From the NCBI GenBank assembly GCA_002494725.1, contig DACG01000019.1:19407-83406 (forward strand): DNA of 64,000 nucleotides, given 5' to 3'. The translations under genes were made by a program, and so were the position numbers. Under the pieces are notes generated by a model. The model saw only the letters and a program-made list of their open reading frames with translations, was not told where the DNA came from and made no database searches. Positions 18,677 to 28,392 of this stretch are shown piece after piece (the first letter of the stretch is position 1; every line of letters starts with the position of its first letter). The DNA comes from Geoglobus sp. UBA235 (lineage in GTDB: Archaea; Halobacteriota; Archaeoglobi; Archaeoglobales; Archaeoglobaceae).

Positions 18677-19093
18677 ATAGGCAGATTCGCCGTCACTGTA
18701 ATAGGACTCAAGAACTCCAGCAACTTCAAATCCCAATTTTTTGTAGAGCTCCTGTGCAGCTCTGTTCGATACCCTCACCTCAAGTGTGAGCCTTTTAATA
18801 CCTTTGCTTCTCGCCCTTCTTATCACTTCTCTCAGAAGCATCTTTCCTATTCCCCTTCTCCTGAACTCCCTTTTAACTGCCAGAGACATTATCTTTGCCT
18901 CCTCTTCTCTGTAGGAGACCACAACATAGCCCACAACAGCATTTCCGATGTCTGCCACAAGGATCTCACTGCCATAGGTCATGTAAATGAAGAGATCATA
19001 GGTGGGATTCATGGTTCTGAATGACTCCGAGTCTATTTTGATTATGTCAGATGAATCCCTTGCGTCGAATGGTCTTATTATGATGGAGTACAC
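18623..19093 (-). CDS. rimI: GNAT N-acetyltransferase (RimI/Ard1-type)
   Basis: 156 aa. It has the acetyl-CoA motif RRRGIGKMLL. Confidence 0.75.
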   Translation of the reverse strand: MYSIIIRPFDARDSSDIIKIDSESFRTMNPTYDLFIYMTYGSEILVADIGNAVVGYVVVSYREEEAKIMSLAVKREFRRRGIGKMLLREVIRRARSKGIKRLTLEVRVSNRAAQELYKKLGFEVAGVLESYYSDGESAYLMHLYLDKTDDLSQSWV

Positions 19094-19101
19094 GACAACC
19101 C

Positions 19102-19122
19102 TTTATACACATTCTGTATAAA
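19102..19122. promoter_or_regulatory. Symmetric TATA pair TTTATACA-cattc-TGTATAAA
   Basis: 8-bp inverted arms fill most of the 38-bp gap between the divergent rimI and UPF0146 starts. Confidence 0.3.
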
Positions 19123-19131
19123 ATTAATTTC

Positions 19132-19536
19132 GTGATTGAGATTGCTGACTTTATCGCAGAAAATTACAGCGGCAAGATCGTTGAGGTTGGGGTTGGCCAT
19201 TTTTTTCAGATATCTGACAGACTTGAGAAGAGGGGATTTCATGTTGTCAGGGTTGATTTGAAAAGGACAAGGAGTGATGTTGCCATCGATGATGTCTGCA
19301 ACCCTGATTACAGAATTTACAGGGGTGCGAGGCTGATTTTTTCGGTGAGGCCACCGATGGAGATCCAGAGATGTATTGTTGAACTGGGGAAAAAAGTTGG
19401 ATGTGATGTTATCATCATCCCATTAAAGAGCGAGATAATTGATGGTGGAGAGCTCAGGAATTATGAGGGAGTCCCATTCTTCATTTTCACTCAACGATTT
19501 CCGCAAGGTTGTCCGGAGGAGAGGCGAATTCCCTGA
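19132..19536 (+). CDS. UPF0146-family protein (methyltransferase-like fold)
   Basis: 134 aa with GTG start. It has a VEVGVG glycine motif and IYSVRPP-like FSVRPPMEI. Confidence 0.55.
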   Translation: MIEIADFIAENYSGKIVEVGVGHFFQISDRLEKRGFHVVRVDLKRTRSDVAIDDVCNPDYRIYRGARLIFSVRPPMEIQRCIVELGKKVGCDVIIIPLKSEIIDGGELRNYEGVPFFIFTQRFPQGCPEERRIP

Positions 19537-20251
19537 GGAACTCATACTCCGTTATGTGGAGTGTTTTCCCAAGAAAAACGATTGAATGAAGCGGCTCACC
19601 GAAATCATAATTCTTCAGCCTGTAAAAATTGTCACAGACAATAAAACTGTCGCCCCCAGCTCTTGCAATCCCAACGGCAAAGTGATTGAGAGTGCCATCA
19701 TCCACCCTTTTCAGAATTGTTACAGCTTCAGGTATTGTCATCGGTTCAGGATTCAAGTCGAGCAAAAGCAGAGTGTGCGCATTTATCGAGAGATTCTGCT
19801 TTATGACGTCAAGGGGTGTTCTGGAGACAGTATCTCCATAGGGGTAACTTACGGTTGCGGTTTTGCCAAATCTGTATATGTGCAATCCCGTGATTCCAGC
19901 AACTGCCGATATTATGCTTGCGTTGTGAATAATCCCGACCTTCACTCCCCTCTTCTTTGCCTCAATCACGATTGATGCATGAGTTGTTGCAATCATCGGG
20001 TCTCCTGGAACCAGGATCACCACATTCTTCTCAGCTCCCTCATTCACAATTTTCCATGATTCCTCCTCAAGATCCTTCCTCTCGAGAACCTCTATTTTCC
20101 TTCCAAACTCCTTTTCGAGCTCTTCAATTCCGGCTGACAGTCTTGAGGTGTAAAATTCAGCATAAACTCTGTCTGCTTTTTTAACTGCCTCAAGACCCTT
20201 CAGTGTTATATCCCTCGAATCCCGGAGCCCAAGTCCGACAAAGGTTATCAT
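19487..20251 (-). CDS. dphB: Diphthine synthase
   Basis: It starts MITFVGLGL..DITLKG.EA...D.VY.E.YTS and has VGDP-type VPGDPMIATTH. I chose the start at the internal ATG 20251. The track ORF extends to 20338 through AT-rich sequence. Confidence 0.85.
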   Translation of the reverse strand: MITFVGLGLRDSRDITLKGLEAVKKADRVYAEFYTSRLSAGIEELEKEFGRKIEVLERKDLEEESWKIVNEGAEKNVVILVPGDPMIATTHASIVIEAKKRGVKVGIIHNASIISAVAGITGLHIYRFGKTATVSYPYGDTVSRTPLDVIKQNLSINAHTLLLLDLNPEPMTIPEAVTILKRVDDGTLNHFAVGIARAGGDSFIVCDNFYRLKNYDFGEPLHSIVFLGKTLHITEYEFLREFASPPDNLAEIVE

Positions 20252-20421
20252 TGATGTGATTCCATTAGGTACCAATTCAAAAAATTTTTTAGATGGCTTG
20301 AGTGTTAAATTCTGTAGATATATAATTATAAATTTCATGTACTTATATATATCACAAATCTAAGTTAAATTTCTGCAAAAAACTTAATATATTGTCTTGG
20401 ATAACTAAACTTGGGAACGTT

Positions 20422-20892
20422 ATGGAGGGCAATACCAGAGTTTTCATTAGAATGCTCGCGAGAGCATACAGATATGAGGACGCGGAGCAGGAGATAATCT
20501 CACAAGCCCTGTTGGAAATAACCAACACAATTGTATGGGACGTTATGTTTGATCTAATGAAAGATAACGAAATCCACAAAAAACTCATAGAATCCATGGT
20601 TGAGGATATGGGAATTAATTTAGATGAGTTCAAAGAATACTCAACCAGAAATATAGAGATAAAGTCGTTCAATTTTTCTGATGATTTAGCTATAGAGATT
20701 CTTAGTGAATTACTCAAATATGAATTTTGGGCTAAAAATTATTACGAACACATGGTGAATTTAGCTGATCTGATGATATCTCATGAAATGAGCGATGATA
20801 TCATCAGAAATGTAAAAACAACACTGGAAAATCTTGTTGAATGGGAGAACACCCATATCAAAAAGATAAGGGAAACCATGCAAAAAATTTAA
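20422..20892 (+). CDS. Hypothetical helical protein, paralog A (156 aa)
   Basis: I prefer ATG 20422 over the TTG at 20392. It has the same length as the ORF at 21140 and about half its residues are identical by eye. I do not recognise the family. Confidence 0.6.
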   Translation: MEGNTRVFIRMLARAYRYEDAEQEIISQALLEITNTIVWDVMFDLMKDNEIHKKLIESMVEDMGINLDEFKEYSTRNIEIKSFNFSDDLAIEILSELLKYEFWAKNYYEHMVNLADLMISHEMSDDIIRNVKTTLENLVEWENTHIKKIRETMQKI

Positions 20893-21139
20893 ATTTTCGA
20901 TTAATTTGTAGTTTTAAGTTCTGGAAAAAAGTAATACCGTCCCCAAAAATAATGGTGAATGGAAACGGGTACGGTTATATGATTGCTTTACCCCATATCT
21001 GCTCGTGAATTTGGTTAATTTTCATTAGTTATGTATCCATTATTATATGGTCAAATGCCGGTAGCAGAATACAAAAACGTAAATAGAAAGGTTTAATAAG
21101 GAACTATCATTTAAAAGACATTAATGTGGAAGTGGAATT

Positions 21140-21610
21140 ATGAATGACGCTGTCAGAGTATTTGTAAGAATGCTTTCAAGAGCGTACAGATACGAAGATG
21201 CAGAACAGGAGATAATCTCCGAGACATTGTTGCAACTGAGCAATGATTATTTATGGGATGTATTGTTTGAGATCATGAGAGATAATGAAGCCCATAAGAG
21301 GATTATTGAATCTGTTGTGGAAATTTTGAACTATAATATCGAAGACTTTACAGAATACTCGGTTAAAAAAGTGGACATCACAACATACGATTTTTCCGAC
21401 GATATGGCAGTTGAAATGCTAAATGAACTGTTGAAATATGAGGTGTGGATGAAAAAATATTACCAGCATATGGTAGATTACGTGGAATCTGAAGTGCTGG
21501 AAGATGTTAGTGAGGATGTCGTCAGAAAAATTCGAGAAACACTGGAACAGCTTGTTAAATGGGAGGCGACCCACATAAACAAACTAACAGATCTTAAAAG
21601 AAAAATATAA
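21140..21610 (+). CDS. Hypothetical helical protein, paralog B (156 aa)
   Basis: It shares the blocks RML.RAYRYEDAEQEIIS, DNE.HK, FSDD.A.E.L.ELLKYE.W and LV.WE.THI with paralog A. Confidence 0.65.
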   Translation: MNDAVRVFVRMLSRAYRYEDAEQEIISETLLQLSNDYLWDVLFEIMRDNEAHKRIIESVVEILNYNIEDFTEYSVKKVDITTYDFSDDMAVEMLNELLKYEVWMKKYYQHMVDYVESEVLEDVSEDVVRKIRETLEQLVKWEATHINKLTDLKRKI

Positions 21611-21643
21611 AATAATGTTTTATAATACTCTATATAAAGATAA

Positions 21644-21847
21644 TTACTGGCTTATCGCAAGCTTCACATCCTCTACCTTGACTGTTTTTCTTCCGGAATG
21701 CTTTGCAAGCTCAACAGCCTTCTTTCCAACTTCCATTGCATACTCTTCAATAGCCTCAGCCAGAGCTTTCTTGGCATCTTCACTGACTCTCTGAGCACCT
21801 GCCTTTCTTATAATTCTCTCAACAGGTGCAAGGGGCAGTTCCATCAA
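21644..21847 (-). CDS. Archaeal histone (HMf family)
   Basis: 67 aa. It reads [23 protein letters not shown]...[15 protein letters not shown]. Confidence 0.92.
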   Translation of the reverse strand: MMELPLAPVERIIRKAGAQRVSEDAKKALAEAIEEYAMEVGKKAVELAKHSGRKTVKVEDVKLAISQ

Positions 21848-22043
21848 AACACCTCCTTAGCTTTTTTCGAGTATAAATTAAGTAATTCAAATATAAAAAT
21901 TTTTGGGTAATTCTGAGTCGTGATGAATGAGATTTAAGCCAGTCTAAATCATTGGGTGATTTATCCAATCAACTGAGGTTGATAAAACCAGCACATCGTG
22001 ATTGGAGGGCAAGATATTTACACAACATACATAGAAACATGAC

Positions 22044-22544
22044 ATGGAGAAGCTGTTTGCACCCTGGAGAATAAGATACATTGAAGCTCCAAAACATGAG
22101 GGATGCATATTCTGTGATTTTCCGAGGGAAAAAAGAGACGAAGAAAGGCTCATTCTTTACAGGGGTGATGAATGCTTTGTGATGATGAACAACTACCCCT
22201 ACAACCCCGGACATGTTATGATCTCTCCATACAGACATGAGGGGAATCTGGAGAGTCTGAATGATGAGGAGCTCTCAGAGATCATGAGTCTTTCTGTAAT
22301 GATGGTCAAAGCAATAAAGAAAGCAATGAATCCCGATGGCTTCAACATTGGTTTCAATATTGGGAAGGTGGCAGGGGCGGGGATTGAGGAGCACATACAT
22401 CTCCATGTTGTGCCAAGATGGAATGGCGATACAAATTTCATGCCTGTGCTTGCAGATGTCAGGGTTATACCTGAGGCTGTTCAGGAAACATACAAAAAAC
22501 TGAAAAAAGCAATTGAATGGTTATCTTCCCTTGATTCCAAATAG
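22044..22544 (+). CDS. HIT-family nucleotide hydrolase/transferase
   Basis: 166 aa. It has the histidine triad HIHLHVVPRW. Confidence 0.85.
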   Translation: MEKLFAPWRIRYIEAPKHEGCIFCDFPREKRDEERLILYRGDECFVMMNNYPYNPGHVMISPYRHEGNLESLNDEELSEIMSLSVMMVKAIKKAMNPDGFNIGFNIGKVAGAGIEEHIHLHVVPRWNGDTNFMPVLADVRVIPEAVQETYKKLKKAIEWLSSLDSK

Positions 22545-23699
22545 GTTTCTTGCAATTATCAGCTTCTCAATTTCCTTGGCTCCTTCATAAATTTCAGTTA
22601 TCTTTGCATCCCTGTAGAACTGGTTTACGGGATACTCATCAATGTAGCCATACCCCCCATGGAACTGCAGAGCCCAGTTTGCAGTCTCAACCGCAACCTC
22701 CCCTGCATACCACTTTGCCATTGCTGAAAGGGTATTGTCGGGCTTTCCTGTCTCAACCTGAATCGATGCTGCTCTGTAGGAGAGAGTTCTTGCAGCCTCA
22801 ATCTTTGTTGCAAGCTCGGCAATCTTGAACTGAATGTACTGGAAACCGGCCAGGGGCACACCGAACGCTTTCCTCTGTCTCACATAGTCAATCACCAAAT
22901 CCAGAGCTCCCCTTGCTATTCCAACTGCCTGTGCAGCCACCCAGACTCTGCTTATGTCGAAGAACTCCATCATGTAGTAAAAGCCCTTGCCCTCTTCCCC
23001 AACCAGATTGCTCTCAGGAACCCTGACATTGTTTAAGCTGACCTCTGCAGTGTCTGTTGCCCTTATCCCCATCTTTCCCTTTATCTTATCAGCCTTGTAA
23101 CCATCTCTGTCTGTTTCCACGATGAAGTAGCTTATTCCTCTGTGCCTTGTGTCAAAGCTCTCAACATCTCTTGTCCTTGCTGTGACAAGTATGAAATCGG
23201 CTATTGAGCCATTGGATATGAACTGCTTTGTACCGTTCAGAACCCATTCATCTCCATCCTTGATTGCTCTTGTTTTTATGCCTGCAGAATCGCTTCCCGC
23301 ATCGGGCTCTGTGTTCGCCATACCCATTATTCCGCCTTTTGCAATCTTTGTGACATATTCCTCTTTCTGTTCCTCTGTGCCGTGCAGAAGGAGGATTTCA
23401 ACCCCAAAAGTTGGGATAAGGCATGCGAGGCCCAGTCCCGGATTCACCGCTGAAAACTCCTCCATCACAATCATCTGCTCAATCGGCCCGTATCCCCCTC
23501 CACCGTACTCTTCAGGAATCGATACCGCATGAAATCCGAGCTCGGCACATTTCCTGTAAAGCTCAGAGGGAAACTTCTCATCTCTGTCACATTCCAGAGC
23601 AAGCTCAGACGTGAATTCCTTCTCTGCAAACTCTCTTGCAGCCTTCCTTATATCCTCTTGCTCTTCCGTGAACTGAAAGCTTATCGCCATCTCGATCAC
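22521..23699 (-). CDS. Acyl-CoA dehydrogenase
   Basis: 392 aa. It has ACAD N-terminal, middle and C-terminal domains, and a QFHGGYGY and catalytic-Glu region YEGAKEI. Confidence 0.9.
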   Translation of the reverse strand: MIEMAISFQFTEEQEDIRKAAREFAEKEFTSELALECDRDEKFPSELYRKCAELGFHAVSIPEEYGGGGYGPIEQMIVMEEFSAVNPGLGLACLIPTFGVEILLLHGTEEQKEEYVTKIAKGGIMGMANTEPDAGSDSAGIKTRAIKDGDEWVLNGTKQFISNGSIADFILVTARTRDVESFDTRHRGISYFIVETDRDGYKADKIKGKMGIRATDTAEVSLNNVRVPESNLVGEEGKGFYYMMEFFDISRVWVAAQAVGIARGALDLVIDYVRQRKAFGVPLAGFQYIQFKIAELATKIEAARTLSYRAASIQVETGKPDNTLSAMAKWYAGEVAVETANWALQFHGGYGYIDEYPVNQFYRDAKITEIYEGAKEIEKLIIARNLFGIKGR

Positions 23700-23808
23700 C
23701 CTGAGCCGATTGTATCGGAAAGTATAAAATTCTTTTGCGAAAAATAAAAAACTCTCGCCCTTTTAACAATCAGCAAAAACTTTATAAATGGTTTAAGGTA
23801 AATTTCGT

Positions 23809-23828
23809 GAAAATCATGAAAGATTTTC
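23809..23828. promoter_or_regulatory. Inverted repeat GAAAATC-N6-GATTTTC
   Basis: It lies in the 219-bp divergent region between the acyl-CoA dehydrogenase and the thiolase operon. Confidence 0.2.
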
Positions 23829-23918
23829 TCAAATAAAAAGTGTTCACAACCCCAGTTCTTTAAAAAAAGAAGGAAAAGCCAGAAAGTATTATATAATGAA
23901 AGAACGTTATAGAGGTGT

Positions 23919-25100
23919 ATGTCGGTAGCAATTATTGGCGTTGGACATTCAAGGTTTGGTGCCAGAAAGGATGTCAATGTTCCTGAGCTTGCCTGGGAGG
24001 CAATAAAACCTGCCATGCAGTCAGCCAATGTCGAGCAGAAAGATATAGATTTCATGGTTGTTGGAACTGCAGGACTGTGGAGCAGTGAGGCAGCAGTTCC
24101 TCCATTGCTCTACGAGTACGGAATGTTCGAGGACGTGGGAAGCATGAGGGTTGAGGCAGCATGTGCAACTGGAAATGCTGCGATAAGGGTTGGATACACG
24201 GCAATAGAGAGCGGTGAAGCTGATGCTGTCCTTGTTGTTGGCCTTGAAAAAATGCAGGAATCACCGAACCCAACTGTGATTGAGCTCATTGGCAGATTTG
24301 GTAGTTACTTCTGGGAGTTCGAGAACTTTGGACTGACTTTCCCGGGTTACTATGCCCTGCATGCAACAGCATACATGGCAAAATATGGAGCGACAGAGGA
24401 GGACTTTGCCAAGGTTGCTGTCAAGAATCACCATTACGGAGCGAAGAATCCAAAGGCACAGTTTCAGAGAGAGATAAGCCTTGAACAGGCGATCAACTCA
24501 CCCTATGTTGCCTGGCCATTCAAGCTCTTTGACTGCTCCCCCATAACAGACGGTTCAGCTGCTGTGATTCTTGCAAGCGAGGAGAAGGTGAAGGAGTGGG
24601 GAATAGAGGAGAAGATATGGATCCTCAGCCAGGGAGTTGGAACTGGAACAGCAAATCTGAGCAGAAGGGAGAGTTTCACATCCCTCAAATCGGCATCCTA
24701 TGCAGCTGAGGTCGCATACAGAAAGGCTGGAATTGACATTGACGCTCCTTACAGGCAGATAGATGGAGCCGATGTTCACGATTGCTTCACTGCAGCCGAG
24801 ATCATAGCCTATGAGGATCTGAGATTCGCGAAGAGAGGAGAGGGAGTTGAGCTTATCAGAGAAGAGCAAACATATATTGGAGGAAGAATTCCTGTCAACG
24901 TGGATGGAGGGCTTAAGGCAAAAGGTCATCCCATAGGTGCAACAGGTGTGAGCCAGGCGGTTGAGGCTTTCAAGCAGTTGCTGAACAAGGCTGAAAACGG
25001 AAGGCAGATAGACGTCAAAAATGGAAGGTATTTGGCTCACAATGTTGGTGGAACTGGCCATTACACGTATGTCACAATTTACGGTCTTGAGAAGAGGTGA
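23919..25100 (+). CDS. Thiolase-family acetyl-CoA C-acyltransferase (SCP-x/archaeal type)
   Basis: 393 aa. It has the active-site Cys context VEAACATGNAA and a C-terminal GGLKAKGHPIGATG. Confidence 0.85.
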   Translation: MSVAIIGVGHSRFGARKDVNVPELAWEAIKPAMQSANVEQKDIDFMVVGTAGLWSSEAAVPPLLYEYGMFEDVGSMRVEAACATGNAAIRVGYTAIESGEADAVLVVGLEKMQESPNPTVIELIGRFGSYFWEFENFGLTFPGYYALHATAYMAKYGATEEDFAKVAVKNHHYGAKNPKAQFQREISLEQAINSPYVAWPFKLFDCSPITDGSAAVILASEEKVKEWGIEEKIWILSQGVGTGTANLSRRESFTSLKSASYAAEVAYRKAGIDIDAPYRQIDGADVHDCFTAAEIIAYEDLRFAKRGEGVELIREEQTYIGGRIPVNVDGGLKAKGHPIGATGVSQAVEAFKQLLNKAENGRQIDVKNGRYLAHNVGGTGHYTYVTIYGLEKR

Positions 25101-25609
25101 TTTTTATGGAGGATTTGAGAAGGGCTGCTGAAACAAACATCAGGGAGTATGGCTTTCCTGTTGCAATTGATGAGAAGAGCGGTGCTTTGCAGTGGGTTGA
25201 TATGAGAGATCTGACTGTAAAGTACATCATCTCAATTGAGAACATTCAGAACTTCTTTGAAGGGTTGAAGGAAGGGAAGCTCCTTGCAACCAAATGCAGG
25301 AAATGTGGAGAGGTTTTCTTTCCCCCACAGAAGGACTGTCCGAGATGCATGGACGAGGATATGGACTGGATAGAGCTGAAAAATGAGGGAACGCTTGATA
25401 CACTGACGGTTATTTTTGTCAGACCCCCAAGCTTTGCTGCTTACGATCCATACACCGTGGCAATAGCAACATTAGAAGATGGGGTGAAGGTGACGGCATG
25501 GCTCAAGGGTGATCCGAAGAAAATAAAGCCGGGACAAAAGGTTAAAATCGAGGTCTCAAGGAGAAAGGAAGGGTACTTCATGTATGAAATAGTGCCTGTT
25601 GAGGGGTGA
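25097..25609 (+). CDS. DUF35 OB-fold/Zn-ribbon acyl-CoA-associated protein
   Basis: 170 aa. It has the rubredoxin-like CRKCGEVFFPPQKDCPRC followed by an OB-fold region. It is coupled to the thiolase. Confidence 0.8.
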   Translation: MIFMEDLRRAAETNIREYGFPVAIDEKSGALQWVDMRDLTVKYIISIENIQNFFEGLKEGKLLATKCRKCGEVFFPPQKDCPRCMDEDMDWIELKNEGTLDTLTVIFVRPPSFAAYDPYTVAIATLEDGVKVTAWLKGDPKKIKPGQKVKIEVSRRKEGYFMYEIVPVEG

Positions 25610-25613
25610 TGCT

Positions 25614-27572
25614 ATGGAGATAAAAAGGGTTGCTGTTCTTGGAGCAGGTGCGATGGGCTCGGGAATAGCCCAGGTTGTGGCTCAGGCTGGATATGAGGTA
25701 TGGGTGAGAGACATAAAGGACGAATTCCTTGAGAGAGGGAGGGCAAACATTGAAAAGAACCTGAGGAGGGCTGTGAACAAGGGGAAGATAAGTCTTCCGA
25801 AGTACAGGGAGATAATGAACAGAATTCACTTCACAACAGATCTTGAGGAGGCTGTTAAGGATGCGGATCTTGTTATTGAGGCTGTACCTGAGATAATGGA
25901 TCTAAAAAAGGAGGTATTTCAGGAAGTTTGCAAGCACAACTCAAAGGCACTGCTCGCAACCAACACATCAGGTCTGAGCATTACTGAGCTTTCAAAGGCA
26001 ACAGACAGGCCTGAGATGTTTCTGGGAATGCACTTCTTCAATCCCGTGCCAGTCATGGCCCTTGTTGAGGTTATAAGGGGAGAGAAGACAGGTGATGAGG
26101 CTGTAAACACTGCGGTTGAGTTTGTGAAGAGCATTGGGAAAACACCTGTTGTGGTAAAGAAGGATGTTGAGGGGTTCATTGTCAATAGATGCCTTGTTCC
26201 TTACCTTGTTCTTGCAATAGATGACGCTGAGAAGGGAGTTGCAGAAATTGAGGAGATCGATGCAGAACTGCTTTACACATACAAGATGCCCATGGGTCCC
26301 CTGGAGCTTTCAGATTTCGTTGGATTAGACATTCTTTACTACGCAGGACAGCAGTGGGATATAGTGCCAAAATCGAAGCTTCTTGAGGAGAAGTTCAACA
26401 GCAAGGAGCTTGGAATGAAAACAGCAAAGGGCTTTTACGACTGGAGAGGAGGAAGACCAAAGATTCCAAAGGAGAAGGCCGGAAAGTATGATGCCCTGAG
26501 AATAATAGCACCGATGATCAACATTGCAGCAGATCTTATTGATATGGGCGTTGCAGATGCAAAGGAGATTGATACGGCAATGAAGCTTGGAACAAACATG
26601 CCAAAAGGTCCCTTAGAGATGGCAGACGAGATAGGGCTTGACGTCATCCTGGCAAAGGTTGAGGAGGTTTACAGGGAGAAGGGATACGAGATCCTCAAGC
26701 CATCTGAGTACCTGAAAAAGCTTGTATCAGAAGGGAAACTTGGAAAGAAGACATCTGAAGGATTCTACAAGTACGAGGCTGGAACTTACCAGAACATAAG
26801 GATAGAGAAGCTTGACAGGGGAATAGTGAAGCTCGTCCTGAACAGACCCCACAGGCTGAACACAATAACAATCGAGCTTCTGGATGAGCTGAAAAGGGCT
26901 CTGGATGAGCTCAGCCTTGACAGCGATGCAAGGGTCATAATCATAACTGGAGAGGGTAAGGCATTCTCTGCCGGCCTTGATCTGCAGGCTGCCGGCACAG
27001 ATGAGGTTCTGAACCCATCTGTGTCAATGCTTCTTGCTGCAAAGGGACAGGAGGCGTTCACCGCAATTGAAAAAACACCAAAGCCTGTTATAGCTGCAAT
27101 CAATGGATATGCGTTTGGCGGTGGATGTGAGCTTGCACTTGCCTGTGATTTCAGAATAATGGCCAAGAACGCACAGATCGGACTGACAGAAACATCTCTC
27201 GGACTCATTCCGGGATGGGGTGGAACCCAGAGAATGGCAAAGATTCTTGGCATGGCGAAGGCAAAGGAGCTCATAATGTTTGCAAAGAGGCTCAATGGAG
27301 AGGAAGCAGAGAAGATTGGGCTTGTGAATAAAGCTGCTGATCCTGAGAGATTCTGGGATGAGGTGATGGAGTTTGCAACGAAACTGGCTGAGGGTGCACC
27401 TGTGGCTTTGAGATTGGCTAAATTTGCAATCAACTTCGGCTACGAGCTTCCAGTTGAGGCTGGACAGGCAATTGAGGCGGCATACTTTGGAATAACAACA
27501 TCCACAGATGATGTCAAGGAGGGCTTTGCTGCGTTCTTTGAGAAGAGAAAGCCTGAATTCAAGGGTAAATGA
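25614..27572 (+). CDS. Fused 3-hydroxyacyl-CoA dehydrogenase / enoyl-CoA hydratase
   Basis: It has an N-terminal Rossmann VLGAGAMGSGIA and a C-terminal crotonase domain (GYAFGGGCELALACD). I chose ATG 25614, which follows GAGGGGTGA. Confidence 0.9.
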   Translation: MEIKRVAVLGAGAMGSGIAQVVAQAGYEVWVRDIKDEFLERGRANIEKNLRRAVNKGKISLPKYREIMNRIHFTTDLEEAVKDADLVIEAVPEIMDLKKEVFQEVCKHNSKALLATNTSGLSITELSKATDRPEMFLGMHFFNPVPVMALVEVIRGEKTGDEAVNTAVEFVKSIGKTPVVVKKDVEGFIVNRCLVPYLVLAIDDAEKGVAEIEEIDAELLYTYKMPMGPLELSDFVGLDILYYAGQQWDIVPKSKLLEEKFNSKELGMKTAKGFYDWRGGRPKIPKEKAGKYDALRIIAPMINIAADLIDMGVADAKEIDTAMKLGTNMPKGPLEMADEIGLDVILAKVEEVYREKGYEILKPSEYLKKLVSEGKLGKKTSEGFYKYEAGTYQNIRIEKLDRGIVKLVLNRPHRLNTITIELLDELKRALDELSLDSDARVIIITGEGKAFSAGLDLQAAGTDEVLNPSVSMLLAAKGQEAFTAIEKTPKPVIAAINGYAFGGGCELALACDFRIMAKNAQIGLTETSLGLIPGWGGTQRMAKILGMAKAKELIMFAKRLNGEEAEKIGLVNKAADPERFWDEVMEFATKLAEGAPVALRLAKFAINFGYELPVEAGQAIEAAYFGITTSTDDVKEGFAAFFEKRKPEFKGK

Positions 27573-27642
27573 GAACAATAAATAATTACAATTTTATTAT
27601 TTGGAAAAAGCTATGAACTGGTGGAAGTTAACGTAAAGAGAG

Positions 27643-28392
27643 GTGATGACCTTGAAAATTATCGTTCTTGCAAAGCACGCAGCAGATCCTGAAAGCGAGA
27701 TTCATGTTTCGGCTGACGGGAAGGGAGTTGATGAGAAGGGACTTGTTTTTGATATAAATGACTGGGACAGGTATGCGATAGAGGAGGCAATAAGGATAAA
27801 GGAAGAGCATGGAGGAGAGGTGGTTGTTGTTGGAGTTGGTTATGCAGACGATACATTGAGAAAATGCCTTGCCATGGGTGCTGACAGGGCAATAAAGATT
27901 CCCCTTGACTCCGGAATGGATTCCTACATGACAGCCATGGCTGTAAAGGAGGCAATAGCTGATGAGACCTTTGATCTGATTCTTGCAGGATTGATGAGTC
28001 AGGACTACAACAACGCCCTTACTGGACCGATTCTGGCAGGAATGCTTGACATACCCTACGCAACAGCGGTGACAAGCATAAGCGTTGAGGACGGGAAGAT
28101 AAGGGTTGTGAGGGAGCTTGAAGGAGGTTATGGAGAGGAGAACACCCTGCCTCTGCCAGCACTCATCACTGTTCAGAGCGGAATAAACGAGCCCAGATAC
28201 GTTTCGATAATGGGGATAAAGAGGGCAAAAACAAAGGAACTCAAAGAGATCAGTGTTGATGCAGGAGAGGGAAGAATTCAAGTTGAGAAAGTCTATGTGC
28301 CTCCTGTGGAGAAGGCTGAGCTGATTGAGGGCTCTCCTGAGGAGATTGCTGAAAAGCTTGTTGAGATTCTGAAGGACAGGGGGTTGATATGA
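27643..28392 (+). CDS. etfB: Electron transfer flavoprotein beta subunit
   Basis: 249 aa, with EtfB-like sequence throughout. Confidence 0.9.
   Translation: MMTLKIIVLAKHAADPESEIHVSADGKGVDEKGLVFDINDWDRYAIEEAIRIKEEHGGEVVVVGVGYADDTLRKCLAMGADRAIKIPLDSGMDSYMTAMAVKEAIADETFDLILAGLMSQDYNNALTGPILAGMLDIPYATAVTSISVEDGKIRVVRELEGGYGEENTLPLPALITVQSGINEPRYVSIMGIKRAKTKELKEISVDAGEGRIQVEKVYVPPVEKAELIEGSPEEIAEKLVEILKDRGLI

Noticed and set aside
20392-20421. TTG-initiated 10-codon N-terminal extension of paralog A
   Set aside because: ATG 20422 gives a product exactly the length of paralog B and aligned with it. The extension has no counterpart in paralog B.
26786-27578. 215-aa and 184-aa minus-strand ORFs antisense to the HCDH/ECH fusion gene
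   Set aside because: They are shadow ORFs of a strongly supported gene, with Ser/Ala/Pro-rich nonsense composition.
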